From positions 1-48,469 of the forward strand of contig JAHLWP010000034.1 in assembly GCA_019057865.1 (NCBI GenBank): a DNA stretch of 48,469 bases, read 5' to 3'. Both the position numbers and the translations under genes were made by a program. This DNA comes from Promethearchaeota archaeon (lineage in GTDB: Archaea; Asgardarchaeota; Lokiarchaeia; Sigyniarchaeales; SOKP01). Below the pieces are notes generated by a model, which had not been told where the DNA came from, made no database searches, and was given only the letters and a program-made list of their open reading frames with translations. Position 1 is the stretch's first letter; each line of letters starts with the position of its first letter. Below are positions 10,646 through 20,673 of this stretch, piece after piece.

Positions 10646-10800
10646 GGCGGGATTACCGAGTCTGGTCAAAGGTCACTTGTAGTTTCTTGAAATGGGTCAA
10701 GACCGAACATAGGTGCTGGACTTAAGATCCAGTGGCAAAGAAATAGTAATGCTACTATTCCGTCAAGAGGCCTTCGGGAGTTCGAATCTCCCTCCCGCCA
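10646..10800 (+). tRNA. trnL: tRNA-Leu(UAA) with two introns (41 nt in the D-arm, about 10670-10710; 29 nt in the variable arm, 10739-10767)
   Basis: Acceptor stem GGCGGGA/TCCCGCC, D-loop AGTCTGGTCAA, anticodon arm CTGGA-CTTAAGA-TCCAG (TAA at 10723-10725), T-arm GGGAG-TTCGAAT-CTCCC; CCA not encoded. Confidence 0.93.
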
Positions 10801-10910
10801 CACATAATTCTTAATTCTTATAAGATCATAATAACATTTTCTTATGTTTACAATATCATAAATTTTTTGCTAAACTGAGGGATATTAAACAAATCATTAG
10901 TAAATTATAA

Positions 10911-11624
10911 ATAAATGAATCGCTATTAGATTACACAAAGGATTTAAAAAGAAAGGTCGAGATTCAAATTTCCGAATATTTTACAATTGCGCTGTCGATT
11001 GAATATCTCATTATTACTCATAAGGAATCAAAAGGAATTATCTATTATACAACAGCAGGAGAATTTGAGTCGGAAATAATAGATTTATTTCGGGATACAA
11101 TCCAATATGAGATATTAGATTTTCCTATAGATGAAGGAAGAATTGAACAAGCTACACTTAAAGGAAAATATTTAATTACAAGAGCAGGTAAGATGATCTG
11201 GGTTAGTTTAATACTTAATGAAAAGCCCATTCCCTTTACAAGAGAACTTCTTGGTTTTTTTTGTAGCGTTTTTGAAGAACAATATGGTCAAGAAATTAAA
11301 AACCTATACAATCATTTTCAAGGAGATATCTCAATTTTTCGTAAGAATAAAAAAAGTAAAGAAAATATAGACCTGATAGTTGAAGAAGTTTTTCATCTAA
11401 GCCTTACTTATCCTCATAAGATTGGTCCTTCGAAAGGGAAAAAGATTTCTTCAAATACTAAAAAAGTATTTGAATTAGCAAAATCCATGGCTAATAAAAC
11501 TAAAGGAAAAATTTTTCTTTCAGATCTATTTATCGAAGCAATTAAATCTTTAGAGTATGAAAATAATGAGATTGCTAATGCTATTTTTTATTTAGTACAA
11601 AAAGATTTTCTTTTGCAAATTTAA
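10911..11624 (+). CDS. longin-like domain plus C-terminal winged helix (Asgard type); frame is open from 10911 and the start codon is uncertain
   Basis: Upstream in-frame extension EYLIITHKESKGIIYY...YLITRAGK joins the track ORF 11193-11624; FEEQY..FQGDISIF pattern; no ATG/GTG/TTG before 11193. Confidence 0.6.
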   Translation: MNESLLDYTKDLKRKVEIQISEYFTIALSIEYLIITHKESKGIIYYTTAGEFESEIIDLFRDTIQYEILDFPIDEGRIEQATLKGKYLITRAGKMIWVSLILNEKPIPFTRELLGFFCSVFEEQYGQEIKNLYNHFQGDISIFRKNKKSKENIDLIVEEVFHLSLTYPHKIGPSKGKKISSNTKKVFELAKSMANKTKGKIFLSDLFIEAIKSLEYENNEIANAIFYLVQKDFLLQI

Positions 11625-11777
11625 ATAGAATTTGTACAATTTAAATTATTTAATTTTTAGTTATAATAGGTTTATAAATCATCATTTAGTATGCTATATT
11701 ATGTAAAATCTTATAAAAAAAGATTGTAATATTTTTACTAATCAAGTTGTTTTAATTTAAAATTAAAGGTTAAAAAT

Positions 11778-13043
11778 TTGAATATTATTGAAATTGTTAG
11801 TTTAGAAGATAAACATGCGAAGCTTCTAAGAAAAGAAGGTATTAGCAAAGTTGAAGATCTATTACCACTTACTAGTAGTCAAATCAAAAAATTAGCTAAA
11901 AAGATAGGAGTCCCCCCTCAACTAGTTGATACATGGCAAGAACATGCGGATTTAATGAGAGTCGAAGGTATTAATCCTAAAATAGCAAACGCTTTAAATT
12001 TAATTGGCATTGATTCGGTTAAAGAACTTGCTCATAGGAATCCTAAAAGTACTTTGGAAAAATTAATACAATTAAATAAGGAAAAACCTAAAATTTTGAC
12101 CAAGAATCCAACCATAAAGGATGTAGAAAGCTGGATTGAAAAATCAAAAGATTTAGCTGATGTACCAAAAAAGATAACCCCTAAAAAAGAACCACCCCTA
12201 AAACCGGTTGCACCCATAGAATATGTGCCCATTAAAGAATTTGAGGGTGATTATGGAAACTATGGTCCAGATTATTGGAATAATAAATGGGAAAAGGCAC
12301 CAATAATTTACACAGGAAGAGCATTAAGAGGAGAATCGTACAAGAAACAAATAGATGTCGATGTCAAGGCATTCCTAAAGAAGGATGATGCAATTTTATG
12401 GCATGTTATTACTCAAATTGGTCTTAGAAGAGATACCCCTAATGAAACAGCCCTCGCAATACAGAATTTTGTTTGCAATTTTCTTAAATATAAGTATGAT
12501 GATCTTACATCTGATTGTCCTGAGTTTTGGCAATTCCCATTTGAATCCATCCAATCAGAAATAGGAGATTGTGAGGATGGTGCAATTTTAATTGCAAGTT
12601 TGTTGATTAATGCAGGATTACAGTCTTGGAGGGTCAAGGTCTGTGCTGCTCAAGTTATGGCTGATCCCGTGGTAGCTCCCTCAGAATCCGAACTAGGTGG
12701 TCATGCTTATTGTATTTATCTTGCTGATAGAGCTGATTCTAAAAGGAAACTTGAGTGGGTGGTGCTTGATTGGTGCTATTTACAGGATCCTGAAGTTCCT
12801 ATCGAAAAAAAACCTTTAGCCCGAGATGGTGGTCAAGAAGAAGCATATAAGGATATATGGTTTACTTTCAATGACGAACACTCATGGGCGCAAAGTGCAT
12901 TTGAAGTTAAAGATGGGAGGATTAGCAGAAATAGGAAAACCCAAAAAGATGAAGTTTTAGCTCCCTTAGAAGACATTTTGAAGAGACTAGCAAGTGAGGA
13001 ATTATTGAAAATATTTAAAAAATATGGGATAGATATTGAATAA
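11778..13043 (+). CDS. DUF4332-like HhH domain fused to a transglutaminase-like cysteine protease domain
   Basis: N-terminal W..HADLMRVEGI...L..IGIDSVKELA; C-terminal GDCEDGA, GHAY, LDW triad; TTG start. Confidence 0.78.
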   Translation: MNIIEIVSLEDKHAKLLRKEGISKVEDLLPLTSSQIKKLAKKIGVPPQLVDTWQEHADLMRVEGINPKIANALNLIGIDSVKELAHRNPKSTLEKLIQLNKEKPKILTKNPTIKDVESWIEKSKDLADVPKKITPKKEPPLKPVAPIEYVPIKEFEGDYGNYGPDYWNNKWEKAPIIYTGRALRGESYKKQIDVDVKAFLKKDDAILWHVITQIGLRRDTPNETALAIQNFVCNFLKYKYDDLTSDCPEFWQFPFESIQSEIGDCEDGAILIASLLINAGLQSWRVKVCAAQVMADPVVAPSESELGGHAYCIYLADRADSKRKLEWVVLDWCYLQDPEVPIEKKPLARDGGQEEAYKDIWFTFNDEHSWAQSAFEVKDGRISRNRKTQKDEVLAPLEDILKRLASEELLKIFKKYGIDIE

Positions 13044-13153
13044 TTAGGATTTAAACCATAGTAATTAAATTTATTTAAAAAATTTTATTCCTTTTAAGAA
13101 ACTTAACTATGAGCAAATTTATTGTGATTATCGGTTTTCTCTAATATCCATTT

Positions 13154-13798
13154 TTATGTATCGAATTCTTTTGTATCCCCTTCTATAGTAGGTAGTAAAG
13201 ATGTGTCACAAGTTGGGCAAAACTGTGCTTCTCGATTAATCTCAGAACCGCATTCTTGACATTTAGCTTTAAACTCAAACTTTAGCTTTAAACTCAAGCT
13301 CACATTTTCAAATGTTTCTTCTAATAGACTCTTTATTTCCTTTATGATTTCTTCTTTTTCTTCCTCTGGAAAAGAATGAATGTATATTGAAGAAAGTTCT
13401 ACTAGAAAATTCTCTGTAAATTTAAGTTGATCAAGATAATTCTTGTTTACCTTATGTTTTAAAATCGTTTCACCTGCTTCTGTTAATGAGTAAACTTTTC
13501 TTAATGGTCCTATTGGACTTTTAACGGTTCTTGATTTTAAAAAACCAGAATTCTCTAATTTTCTTAATATTGGATAGATTGTACCTGATTGAGCTTCCCA
13601 AGTCCCCGCAAACTGTTTATTTAAGTTATTTATCAAATCATAACCAGATTGCTCTTTACTGTTAAAAATTGTCTCTATAATTGTAAATTCAAGAGGAGTG
13701 AGTTTATCTTTTTTTAAACTGTCAAATAATCCTTTTTTTATCCTAGATCTTAAATCTTTTATATCTTCCTCAAGATCTAAAAATTTTCCTAGCCACAT
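13154..13798 (-). CDS. PadR family regulator with C-terminal zinc ribbon
   Basis: SGYDL, GTIYPILRKLE..G, RKVYSLTEAG; CQECG...FCPTC. Confidence 0.88.
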   Translation of the reverse strand: MWLGKFLDLEEDIKDLRSRIKKGLFDSLKKDKLTPLEFTIIETIFNSKEQSGYDLINNLNKQFAGTWEAQSGTIYPILRKLENSGFLKSRTVKSPIGPLRKVYSLTEAGETILKHKVNKNYLDQLKFTENFLVELSSIYIHSFPEEEKEEIIKEIKSLLEETFENVSLSLKLKFEFKAKCQECGSEINREAQFCPTCDTSLLPTIEGDTKEFDT

Positions 13799-13822
13799 TA
13801 TAATGTTAACTTACTCTTCCTC

Positions 13823-14341
13823 CTACTTCTTCATTCGTTTACGCATTTTTTCCATTTCCTTTTCAATAGCTCTCTCTCTTCGCGATTTAGTTTTACCTTG
13901 ATCATCAATTTTTCCTCGATAATATACCAAATACGCGATATTATGTATGACTAAAGCTGCACCCCAAAAAATTAATGGATATATTGCCCAGTAATAAGTT
14001 GGAATTGTGGTCAAATTAATTATAAATAGATACAACATCACAAATATAAAAGCACATGTATGGAATATTATACCTCTTTTAGCTATTGGATAAACACCTT
14101 TAGCATAAACAATATAAGCAGTTGTGTGTAAAACAACACCTATAAACCATCCAAAAAATGGATATATTACCCATAAAATACTTGGACTAAAGAATAATAC
14201 TTGGATTAAATTGATGGTTAACAGTAATGCCGATACAACAAGAAAAATACCAACATGAACCTTAACGGAAAGCCTAAAATTAACTTTACTTCTCGCTATT
14301 TCATACAAACTCTCTTCTGAAAATGCTTTATTTTCAACCAT
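13823..14341 (-). CDS. tandem 2TM-domain membrane protein
   Basis: Two repeats of H...F....L..INL...W..YP...W......H. Confidence 0.75.
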   Translation of the reverse strand: MVENKAFSEESLYEIARSKVNFRLSVKVHVGIFLVVSALLLTINLIQVLFFSPSILWVIYPFFGWFIGVVLHTTAYIVYAKGVYPIAKRGIIFHTCAFIFVMLYLFIINLTTIPTYYWAIYPLIFWGAALVIHNIAYLVYYRGKIDDQGKTKSRRERAIEKEMEKMRKRMKK

Positions 14342-14746
14342 AATTTTTTCACTTGTTCATTTATATCAAAAAACTGATTGATTATTCTTAATCTTATAAA
14401 GTTAATTCTATTATATAAATCCATTAATTTAATTTAATGGCTCCTTTCTGTTAAATAAAGAGAATCTATGAAGTATTCTTGGAACTTTTAATATAGCTTT
14501 TCTATTTTTACACTCAATTTTTAAGATCTTGATTCTTTTTAATATTCTGAAATTTTTATTTCAAATTTATAATTTCTCTTTCATCTCAATATAGCATATT
14601 AAAATATCGGAGAATTTTAGCTGATTTTCACTAAATAATACTAATTATATTCTTAATCATAAAATCAATCAAGATGATTAAAAGTCTGAAAAGTTTTTTA
14701 AGTACATATTTATATCCTAACTTAAATCCACCATTTAAATGAGCTA

Positions 14747-15394
14747 ATGTCGGTATTATCAGAATATATTGTGAAATTGGAGAATTGGGATCATAAAATT
14801 TTTTTAAACCTATATCAGAGTAAATTTAGTAAAAGAAGTAAAAATTTCGCAATAATCTTCAGTTTTTTTGGTAATTTTTATTTCTGGGGTTTATTATGGT
14901 TAGCTTGGTTTATCTATGGTTATGTCACTAAAGATTATTATCTTTTAGTTCTTTTTACTGGTGGTTTTGATCAGTCTATAATTATACATTCAATTATTCG
15001 CTATAAAATTGTCAGAAGAAATCGCCCATATATTACTCTTAAAAATGAGGGTGTAAAGAAACATGATGATTTTATAAGAATTCCATATCTTATGAGAGAA
15101 TCAGAGCAGAAATCATTTCCTTCTGGACATGTAACGTTTATTTTATTTTTTGGGATAATATTTTCATATTACTTTAATAGTTGGTTATTATTTTTTATTG
15201 TCCTTGGATTGAGTGTCGTTATGGCAATTTCCCGTCTTATTCTAGGAGTTCATTTCCCAATAGATGTAATATTTGGGTTTATGTTTGGGTTTCTTTATGC
15301 TTTATTATATCTTGGTGTGACTTATATTTATTGGGTTAAGTTTCATTATTGGATCGGTCCTATTTTTTCTAGTATTTTCCATTTTTGGAGATGA
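14747..15394 (+). CDS. PAP2 family phosphatase
   Basis: K...RNRP, SFPSGH, SRLILGVHFPIDV. Confidence 0.9.
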   Translation: MSVLSEYIVKLENWDHKIFLNLYQSKFSKRSKNFAIIFSFFGNFYFWGLLWLAWFIYGYVTKDYYLLVLFTGGFDQSIIIHSIIRYKIVRRNRPYITLKNEGVKKHDDFIRIPYLMRESEQKSFPSGHVTFILFFGIIFSYYFNSWLLFFIVLGLSVVMAISRLILGVHFPIDVIFGFMFGFLYALLYLGVTYIYWVKFHYWIGPIFSSIFHFWR

Positions 15395-15515
15395 GAAAAA
15401 AGCGTTCACTCTTTTTTCAAAATATTTTCACTCTTTTATTTTATAATCAATAAAATGAGTCTTACATACACAACCAAAATTTTTTTAGCGACGATAGGTT
15501 TTTCAAATTAATATT

Positions 15516-16835
15516 ATGTCATTATTCGTAAGAAAAAGCAAAAAAGAGTCAGTTCCAGACTCATATAAATTCACATCTGATTTTAATTCAGTTATTTTTA
15601 TAGTAGTGTGGAATTCATTAGGCTTTTTTTTTATTGAATTTATCATGGCATATTTGATTAAGCAAGTTTTAAATGCTCCTGCTGCTCAACTTGGACTATT
15701 CTTCTCATTCATTACTCTTGGAGGTTTAATTAGCGCCTTATTCATCGGTTATTTAACAGATCGGTTTTCTAAGCGAATTTTAGTCATGATTGGTTCTTTT
15801 GGCAGAGGTTTATCTTATTTTGGACTCTATGTTTCTGTAATAACACAATCTTTGATAGGAATGTATATCAGTGCTTTTCTGCTTGGACTCGGCGCGTATT
15901 TTTTTTGGATTCCGTTAGATACCATTATTTCTGAAAAATCATCAAAATATCATCGATCTTCCGCCTTTGGACGAAGGAGATTTGCATTAGGAATAGGAAT
16001 TGTACTTGGAACAGTAGTAGGATTTACTATCTTTGGATTATCCAATTTTCTTTACCCTGATAATGTTTTTATTATATATAGTGCGATACCCATATATGGA
16101 ATAGCTAATTTTTACGCAGGAATTCAATTCTCACGAAAAGTAGATGAGAATAAAAAATTTGAATATCCTGAGGTTGAAAATAATCAAGATACGCTAATAG
16201 AACAGAATTTAGACAGTAATAACATTGAAACCCCTTCAATTCACTTTTTCATATTAGGTATAATTCTGTTATTCTTTGCTTTTTTCTTCAGTGCTACCAA
16301 TGTTGGACTGTATCGACCGTTTATTCAGCCATATGTACTTGAAAATATCAATAGTAATGCTGGCTTAGTAGCATGGTTTTATCTTCCAACGTCTGTTATA
16401 GGAATGCTTATTGCTCCAAAGTTAGGAACAATGGCGGATAAATTTAATCCATATCTTACTATATCGCTTGCTAGTTTTCTAGGTGGAATAATAACATTTT
16501 TAATTATAAATTCGGGAAATTTATGGGTCTTTGCTCTTTTACTTATAGTCGATAATACAATTATGCTAACAGTTGGTTTTGTATTCGTTAATTTTCTTAG
16601 TCGTGTTTCTATAAAGCATCGTGGAAAAATGTTTAGTATCATAACCCTTTTTGAATCTATAGGTATGATAATAGGTCCATTCTTAGGAGGAATCATATGG
16701 GATTCAATTAGTCCTCAAGCACCTTTTATCATATCCATTTTTGTAGAATGGTCTCTAATCCCTATTTTCATAATTGGTATTTGGATTCTCAAACCGCATA
16801 TAGTCGAATCTTTAGAAAATAAGGAAAAAAAATAG
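15516..16835 (+). CDS. MFS transporter
   Basis: 12 TM; GYLTDRFSKR and GTMADKF motifs. Confidence 0.9.
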   Translation: MSLFVRKSKKESVPDSYKFTSDFNSVIFIVVWNSLGFFFIEFIMAYLIKQVLNAPAAQLGLFFSFITLGGLISALFIGYLTDRFSKRILVMIGSFGRGLSYFGLYVSVITQSLIGMYISAFLLGLGAYFFWIPLDTIISEKSSKYHRSSAFGRRRFALGIGIVLGTVVGFTIFGLSNFLYPDNVFIIYSAIPIYGIANFYAGIQFSRKVDENKKFEYPEVENNQDTLIEQNLDSNNIETPSIHFFILGIILLFFAFFFSATNVGLYRPFIQPYVLENINSNAGLVAWFYLPTSVIGMLIAPKLGTMADKFNPYLTISLASFLGGIITFLIINSGNLWVFALLLIVDNTIMLTVGFVFVNFLSRVSIKHRGKMFSIITLFESIGMIIGPFLGGIIWDSISPQAPFIISIFVEWSLIPIFIIGIWILKPHIVESLENKEKK

Positions 16836-17016
16836 GATAAGTTTAAGTTAAAAATTATATGAATTAAAAGAAGAACCCAAGTATATAAGAGTATTATTCT
16901 AATCATAGCAATGAAATCAGATAATAATTTTTCAACAGATTAAGATTTAGGAAAAGATATTATATTCATAAATCTAAATTTCTATATAACTTGATATATA
17001 AATTAGATGATTCAAA

Positions 17017-17733
17017 ATGACAATTGAAAAAAGGAATTCTAAAGATGAGGATGACAAGTTATTAATTAATCCTACATGTCATAAATGTAATAGTAGAAAT
17101 TATTGCACGATTGGGAGGGTAAACAAAAAGTTAAATAATTGTCCTATGAAAGTAAGTCCTGAAATTGAAAAGCAAGCAAGACAACTATATAAAACAGATG
17201 AATTTATAAAGAAATCAACAAGTGTAGCATCTATGGTAGAAGCTAAAGGATATATTCATTGGCCCCGTCTAAAAGACACAATAGAATATGCAAAAGGGAT
17301 GGGATTTACAAAATTAGGGATTGCATTTTGTATAGGTTTACAAAAAGAAGCAGAAAAAACAGCAGAAATTTTAGAAAAATATGGTTTTTATGTATGTTCC
17401 GTTTGCTGTAAGACAGGTTCGATTAAAAAAACAGATGTTGGTGTACCAGAAGAATTTACTATGATTTCAAAGACAGGTTATCCACTAGGTTTCGTAACGT
17501 GTAATCCTGTAGCACAAGCATTATTATTAAATAAAGCTGAAACTGAGATGAATATTATAGTAGGATTATGTGTGGGTCATGATATTACCTTTACAAATCT
17601 CTCAAAAGCCCCTGTTACTACATTAATTGCTAAAGATAGGTCAAATCCTCATAATCCAGCAGCAGTTTTATTTACTCATTATGGAGAATCGTTTTTTTTA
17701 AAAGATTTAAAAGAAATGAAAAAAATGATTTAA
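17017..17733 (+). CDS. DUF1847 family Cys-rich metal-binding protein
   Basis: KLGIAFCIGL, SVCCK, CNPVAQA, GLCVGHD, HNP. Confidence 0.85.
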   Translation: MTIEKRNSKDEDDKLLINPTCHKCNSRNYCTIGRVNKKLNNCPMKVSPEIEKQARQLYKTDEFIKKSTSVASMVEAKGYIHWPRLKDTIEYAKGMGFTKLGIAFCIGLQKEAEKTAEILEKYGFYVCSVCCKTGSIKKTDVGVPEEFTMISKTGYPLGFVTCNPVAQALLLNKAETEMNIIVGLCVGHDITFTNLSKAPVTTLIAKDRSNPHNPAAVLFTHYGESFFLKDLKEMKKMI

Positions 17734-17755
17734 TTAGGGTAATTTAAATAAAAAT

Positions 17756-18289
17756 TTAGAATAAATCTATAAAATCATCTATAAGTCTTCTCTCTCTTTC
17801 TTTTTTACGCTTTTCTTCCATTGCATTATCAATCACACCAACTGAAATAACACACATCAGTTCAAACTTATCAAGGGGTAGTTTAAAGATTTCATTAACT
17901 TTTTCTTTATTGTTTAGAATTTCACCGATCCAAACCGCACCAAGCCCCTTTGCATGAACCCCTAAAAGAATATTTTGGATGAAGGCTCCCATCGCAAGAA
18001 GATCTTTAACACGGTCATATCCTCTTTCTATATCTATGAATATGACGAAATTAACATAAGCACTCTCGATAATACCCCCATATTTGGTTTGTTCAGCTAT
18101 CATTCTTTTCACTGTAGGGTGTATTACAACGCAGACTCGCCAAGGTTGACAATTTTGACCTGATGGAGCCCATCTACCACATTCTAATATATCTCTAATA
18201 GTTTCCTTATCAATTTTTTGATAAATAAAGTTTCGAATACTCCTTCTTGATTTTATGAGGTCTATTAAATTTGATGTTTTTGATTCCAT
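17756..18289 (-). CDS. nitroreductase family protein
   Basis: RRSIRNF, APSGQNCQPW, GLGAVWIG. Confidence 0.9.
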   Translation of the reverse strand: MESKTSNLIDLIKSRRSIRNFIYQKIDKETIRDILECGRWAPSGQNCQPWRVCVVIHPTVKRMIAEQTKYGGIIESAYVNFVIFIDIERGYDRVKDLLAMGAFIQNILLGVHAKGLGAVWIGEILNNKEKVNEIFKLPLDKFELMCVISVGVIDNAMEEKRKKERERRLIDDFIDLF

Positions 18290-18396
18290 ATTTTAAAAAT
18301 AGGATTTTATAAGAATTTATATTTTTCCTAAAATTGAGATTTTCTTATATAAAACAACAAAAAAAACATTTTATTTAATAGTGAATTGAAATACTT

Positions 18397-20067
18397 ATGT
18401 TGTATGATTCGTACAAATGGTGGCAAAAAACTGTTGTATATCAAATTTACCCTCGCTCATTTAAAGATAGCACTGGAAATGGAATTGGAGATATTAAAGG
18501 CATTATTGAAAAATTGGATTATTTACAGGATTTAGGTATTGAAACGATATGGTTTAGCCCATTCTTTGAATCTCCTCAACAAGACTATGGTTATGATGTA
18601 TCAGATTTTCGTCAGATAGAGCCTAATTATGGGTCAATGAACGATTTTGATAAACTTTTGAAAGAAATGCATAATAGAAATTTGAAGATTGTATTAGATC
18701 TTGTTTTAAATCATACATCTATTAAACACCCATGGTTTATAGAATCCGCATCAAGTAAAGATAATCCTAAGCGTGATTGGTATATATGGCGTGATGGAAA
18801 AAAACCTGGAGGTAGAAAACCTCCAAATAATTGGAAAGCTATTCCTGGAAGTCCTGCTTGGCTATATTATGAAAATACGGATCAATGGGTGTATTTTCAT
18901 TTCTTACCTTTTCAGCCAGATTTAAACTATCGAAATCCAGAAGTTAAGGAAGAGATGTTTGATACTATAAGATTTTGGTTAGATAAAGGAGTTGATGGAT
19001 TTCGATTAGATATATTACATGGCATTTATGAAGATGAAAGTTTAAGAGATAATCCTATTACGTGGTTGTTGTATTCTGAAGAAAAAGCAGCTTATAATTT
19101 CCAATACCATAAATATGATTTGAACCTTCCTGAAACATTTAGTTTTACTTTAGAATTAAGAGAGATAATGGATGAATATAAACCAGAGAGACTTTTAGTT
19201 GGAGAAGTTACTGGATCTATTGAAGAATTGAAGAAATATTATGGACCAAATAATAATGGATTAAACATGGTTTTTCTTTTTGAATACACATCCATTGCAC
19301 TTAAATTTAAGCCTAAAAAAATATCTAAAGATATTTCAAGAATTGAAAAAAACCTCCCTATTCCTTATACACCTACGTATGTATATGGTAATCATGATAG
19401 AGATAGATACATTTCTCTTTTAAACAATAATACCCAGAAAGCGAAATTATTAGCTACAATGCAACTTACATTGAGAGGTGTTCCGTATATTTATTATGGG
19501 GAAGAGATAGGAATGGCAAATGTAAAACTTAAACTGAAAGCAAGCAAAGATCCAATTGGACGTAAATTTGCTAAATTCCCTTATCCTCAATTAACTAAAT
19601 TATTAGGTATTTTTGTATCTAGGGATGTTTGTAGAACACCTATGCAATGGAGTGGAGAAACTAATGCTGGGTTTTCACCAAATAAAAATGTCGAACCATG
19701 GTTGAAAGTATCAGAAAATTACAAAAAAGTTAACGTTGAGAAAGAAGAGAAAGATCCAAGATCTATTTTGAATTGTTATAAAAGACTATTAAAAGTGAGA
19801 GAGGAAAATTTAACGCTACAAATTGGTGAATTTGAATTTATCAATCTTGAAAAATTAAATAAAAAATGTATTGCTTATCGTAGAATTCACAATAAGCAAG
19901 TAGTTTATATTTATTTGAACTTTTCAGATAAAGAAATATTGTTGAAAACCCCAAAAAAGGAACCTAACTTAATTTTTTCAACGTTATCAAATAGAAAAGC
20001 CTTAGATCCAAAAGAATATAATAGAAACCTCAAATTAACTCCCTATGAAGGCATAATATTCAAATAA
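18397..20067 (+). CDS. GH13 alpha-glucosidase / oligo-1,6-glucosidase
   Basis: YQIYPRSFKDS, DLVLNHTS, QPDLN, GFRLD, VGE, NHD, YYGEEIGM, RTPMQW. Confidence 0.93.
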   Translation: MLYDSYKWWQKTVVYQIYPRSFKDSTGNGIGDIKGIIEKLDYLQDLGIETIWFSPFFESPQQDYGYDVSDFRQIEPNYGSMNDFDKLLKEMHNRNLKIVLDLVLNHTSIKHPWFIESASSKDNPKRDWYIWRDGKKPGGRKPPNNWKAIPGSPAWLYYENTDQWVYFHFLPFQPDLNYRNPEVKEEMFDTIRFWLDKGVDGFRLDILHGIYEDESLRDNPITWLLYSEEKAAYNFQYHKYDLNLPETFSFTLELREIMDEYKPERLLVGEVTGSIEELKKYYGPNNNGLNMVFLFEYTSIALKFKPKKISKDISRIEKNLPIPYTPTYVYGNHDRDRYISLLNNNTQKAKLLATMQLTLRGVPYIYYGEEIGMANVKLKLKASKDPIGRKFAKFPYPQLTKLLGIFVSRDVCRTPMQWSGETNAGFSPNKNVEPWLKVSENYKKVNVEKEEKDPRSILNCYKRLLKVREENLTLQIGEFEFINLEKLNKKCIAYRRIHNKQVVYIYLNFSDKEILLKTPKKEPNLIFSTLSNRKALDPKEYNRNLKLTPYEGIIFK

Positions 20068-20188
20068 TATGCAGGTATATATGATCATCTTTCCTCGATA
20101 ACTCTCTTATTTAAATTAGCCCTTAATCATTTTAATAATGAATAAAAAAGACTGATTTTTTTACGATTTTATAGGTTGTGTCTTAGTA

Positions 20189-20533
20189 ATGGCAAGATTT
20201 AAAGGAAAAAAAGAAGATATTGAACTTTTAGGGTCTCCACAAGAAGCAATGGGTTTCTCAAAAGAATTTTCTTCCCTTCTTCAAAATTTCTTAATTAAAA
20301 AATATGATTTTTCATCTCTTGATCAAATTGAAGATATAAAAAAACTATTATTAGGAAGAAGGATACTAATTATAAATGCCACTGAAATCCTTGAAAAAGT
20401 TGATCTTTCTGAACTTAAAAGAGGAATAGAAGATTTAAAGGCTTTTTTAAGAGAAAATGGTGGATCAATGGGGCGCCTGGGAGATCAATATCTTATCGTT
20501 ACCCCAAATTCCTATGTAAAAATTTCTAATTAA
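20189..20533 (+). CDS. sepF: cell division protein SepF (archaeal type)
   Basis: ILIIN...LKRGIEDLK.....GG.MGRLGDQYLIVTP. Confidence 0.75.
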   Translation: MARFKGKKEDIELLGSPQEAMGFSKEFSSLLQNFLIKKYDFSSLDQIEDIKKLLLGRRILIINATEILEKVDLSELKRGIEDLKAFLRENGGSMGRLGDQYLIVTPNSYVKISN

Positions 20534-20546
20534 TTGTATATTTACC

Positions 20547-20572
20547 TTATGGGTTTTTAAAATAACCCATAA
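20547..20572. promoter_or_regulatory. inverted repeat (operator or terminator hairpin)
   Basis: TTATGGGTT-N8-AACCCATAA with perfect 9-bp arms, 13 nt after the sepF stop. Confidence 0.4.
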
Positions 20573-20673
20573 TTGATACATATAAGTCTTTAAATATTGA
20601 TATAGCTTATTGATCTTTATTGAAATTTCTTATAAATAAGGATTCTAAAATTAATGAATGAAGGTAAAATAAA

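Noticed and set aside
10770-10800. tRNA-Leu 3' end as an integration site
   Set aside because: No duplicate of the tRNA 3' end and no integrase were noticed within the window.
14430-14560. Short basic minus-strand open frame (…KILKIECKNRKAILKVPRILHRF…)
   Set aside because: About 40 codons, no start codon, low-complexity AT-rich sequence and no motif.
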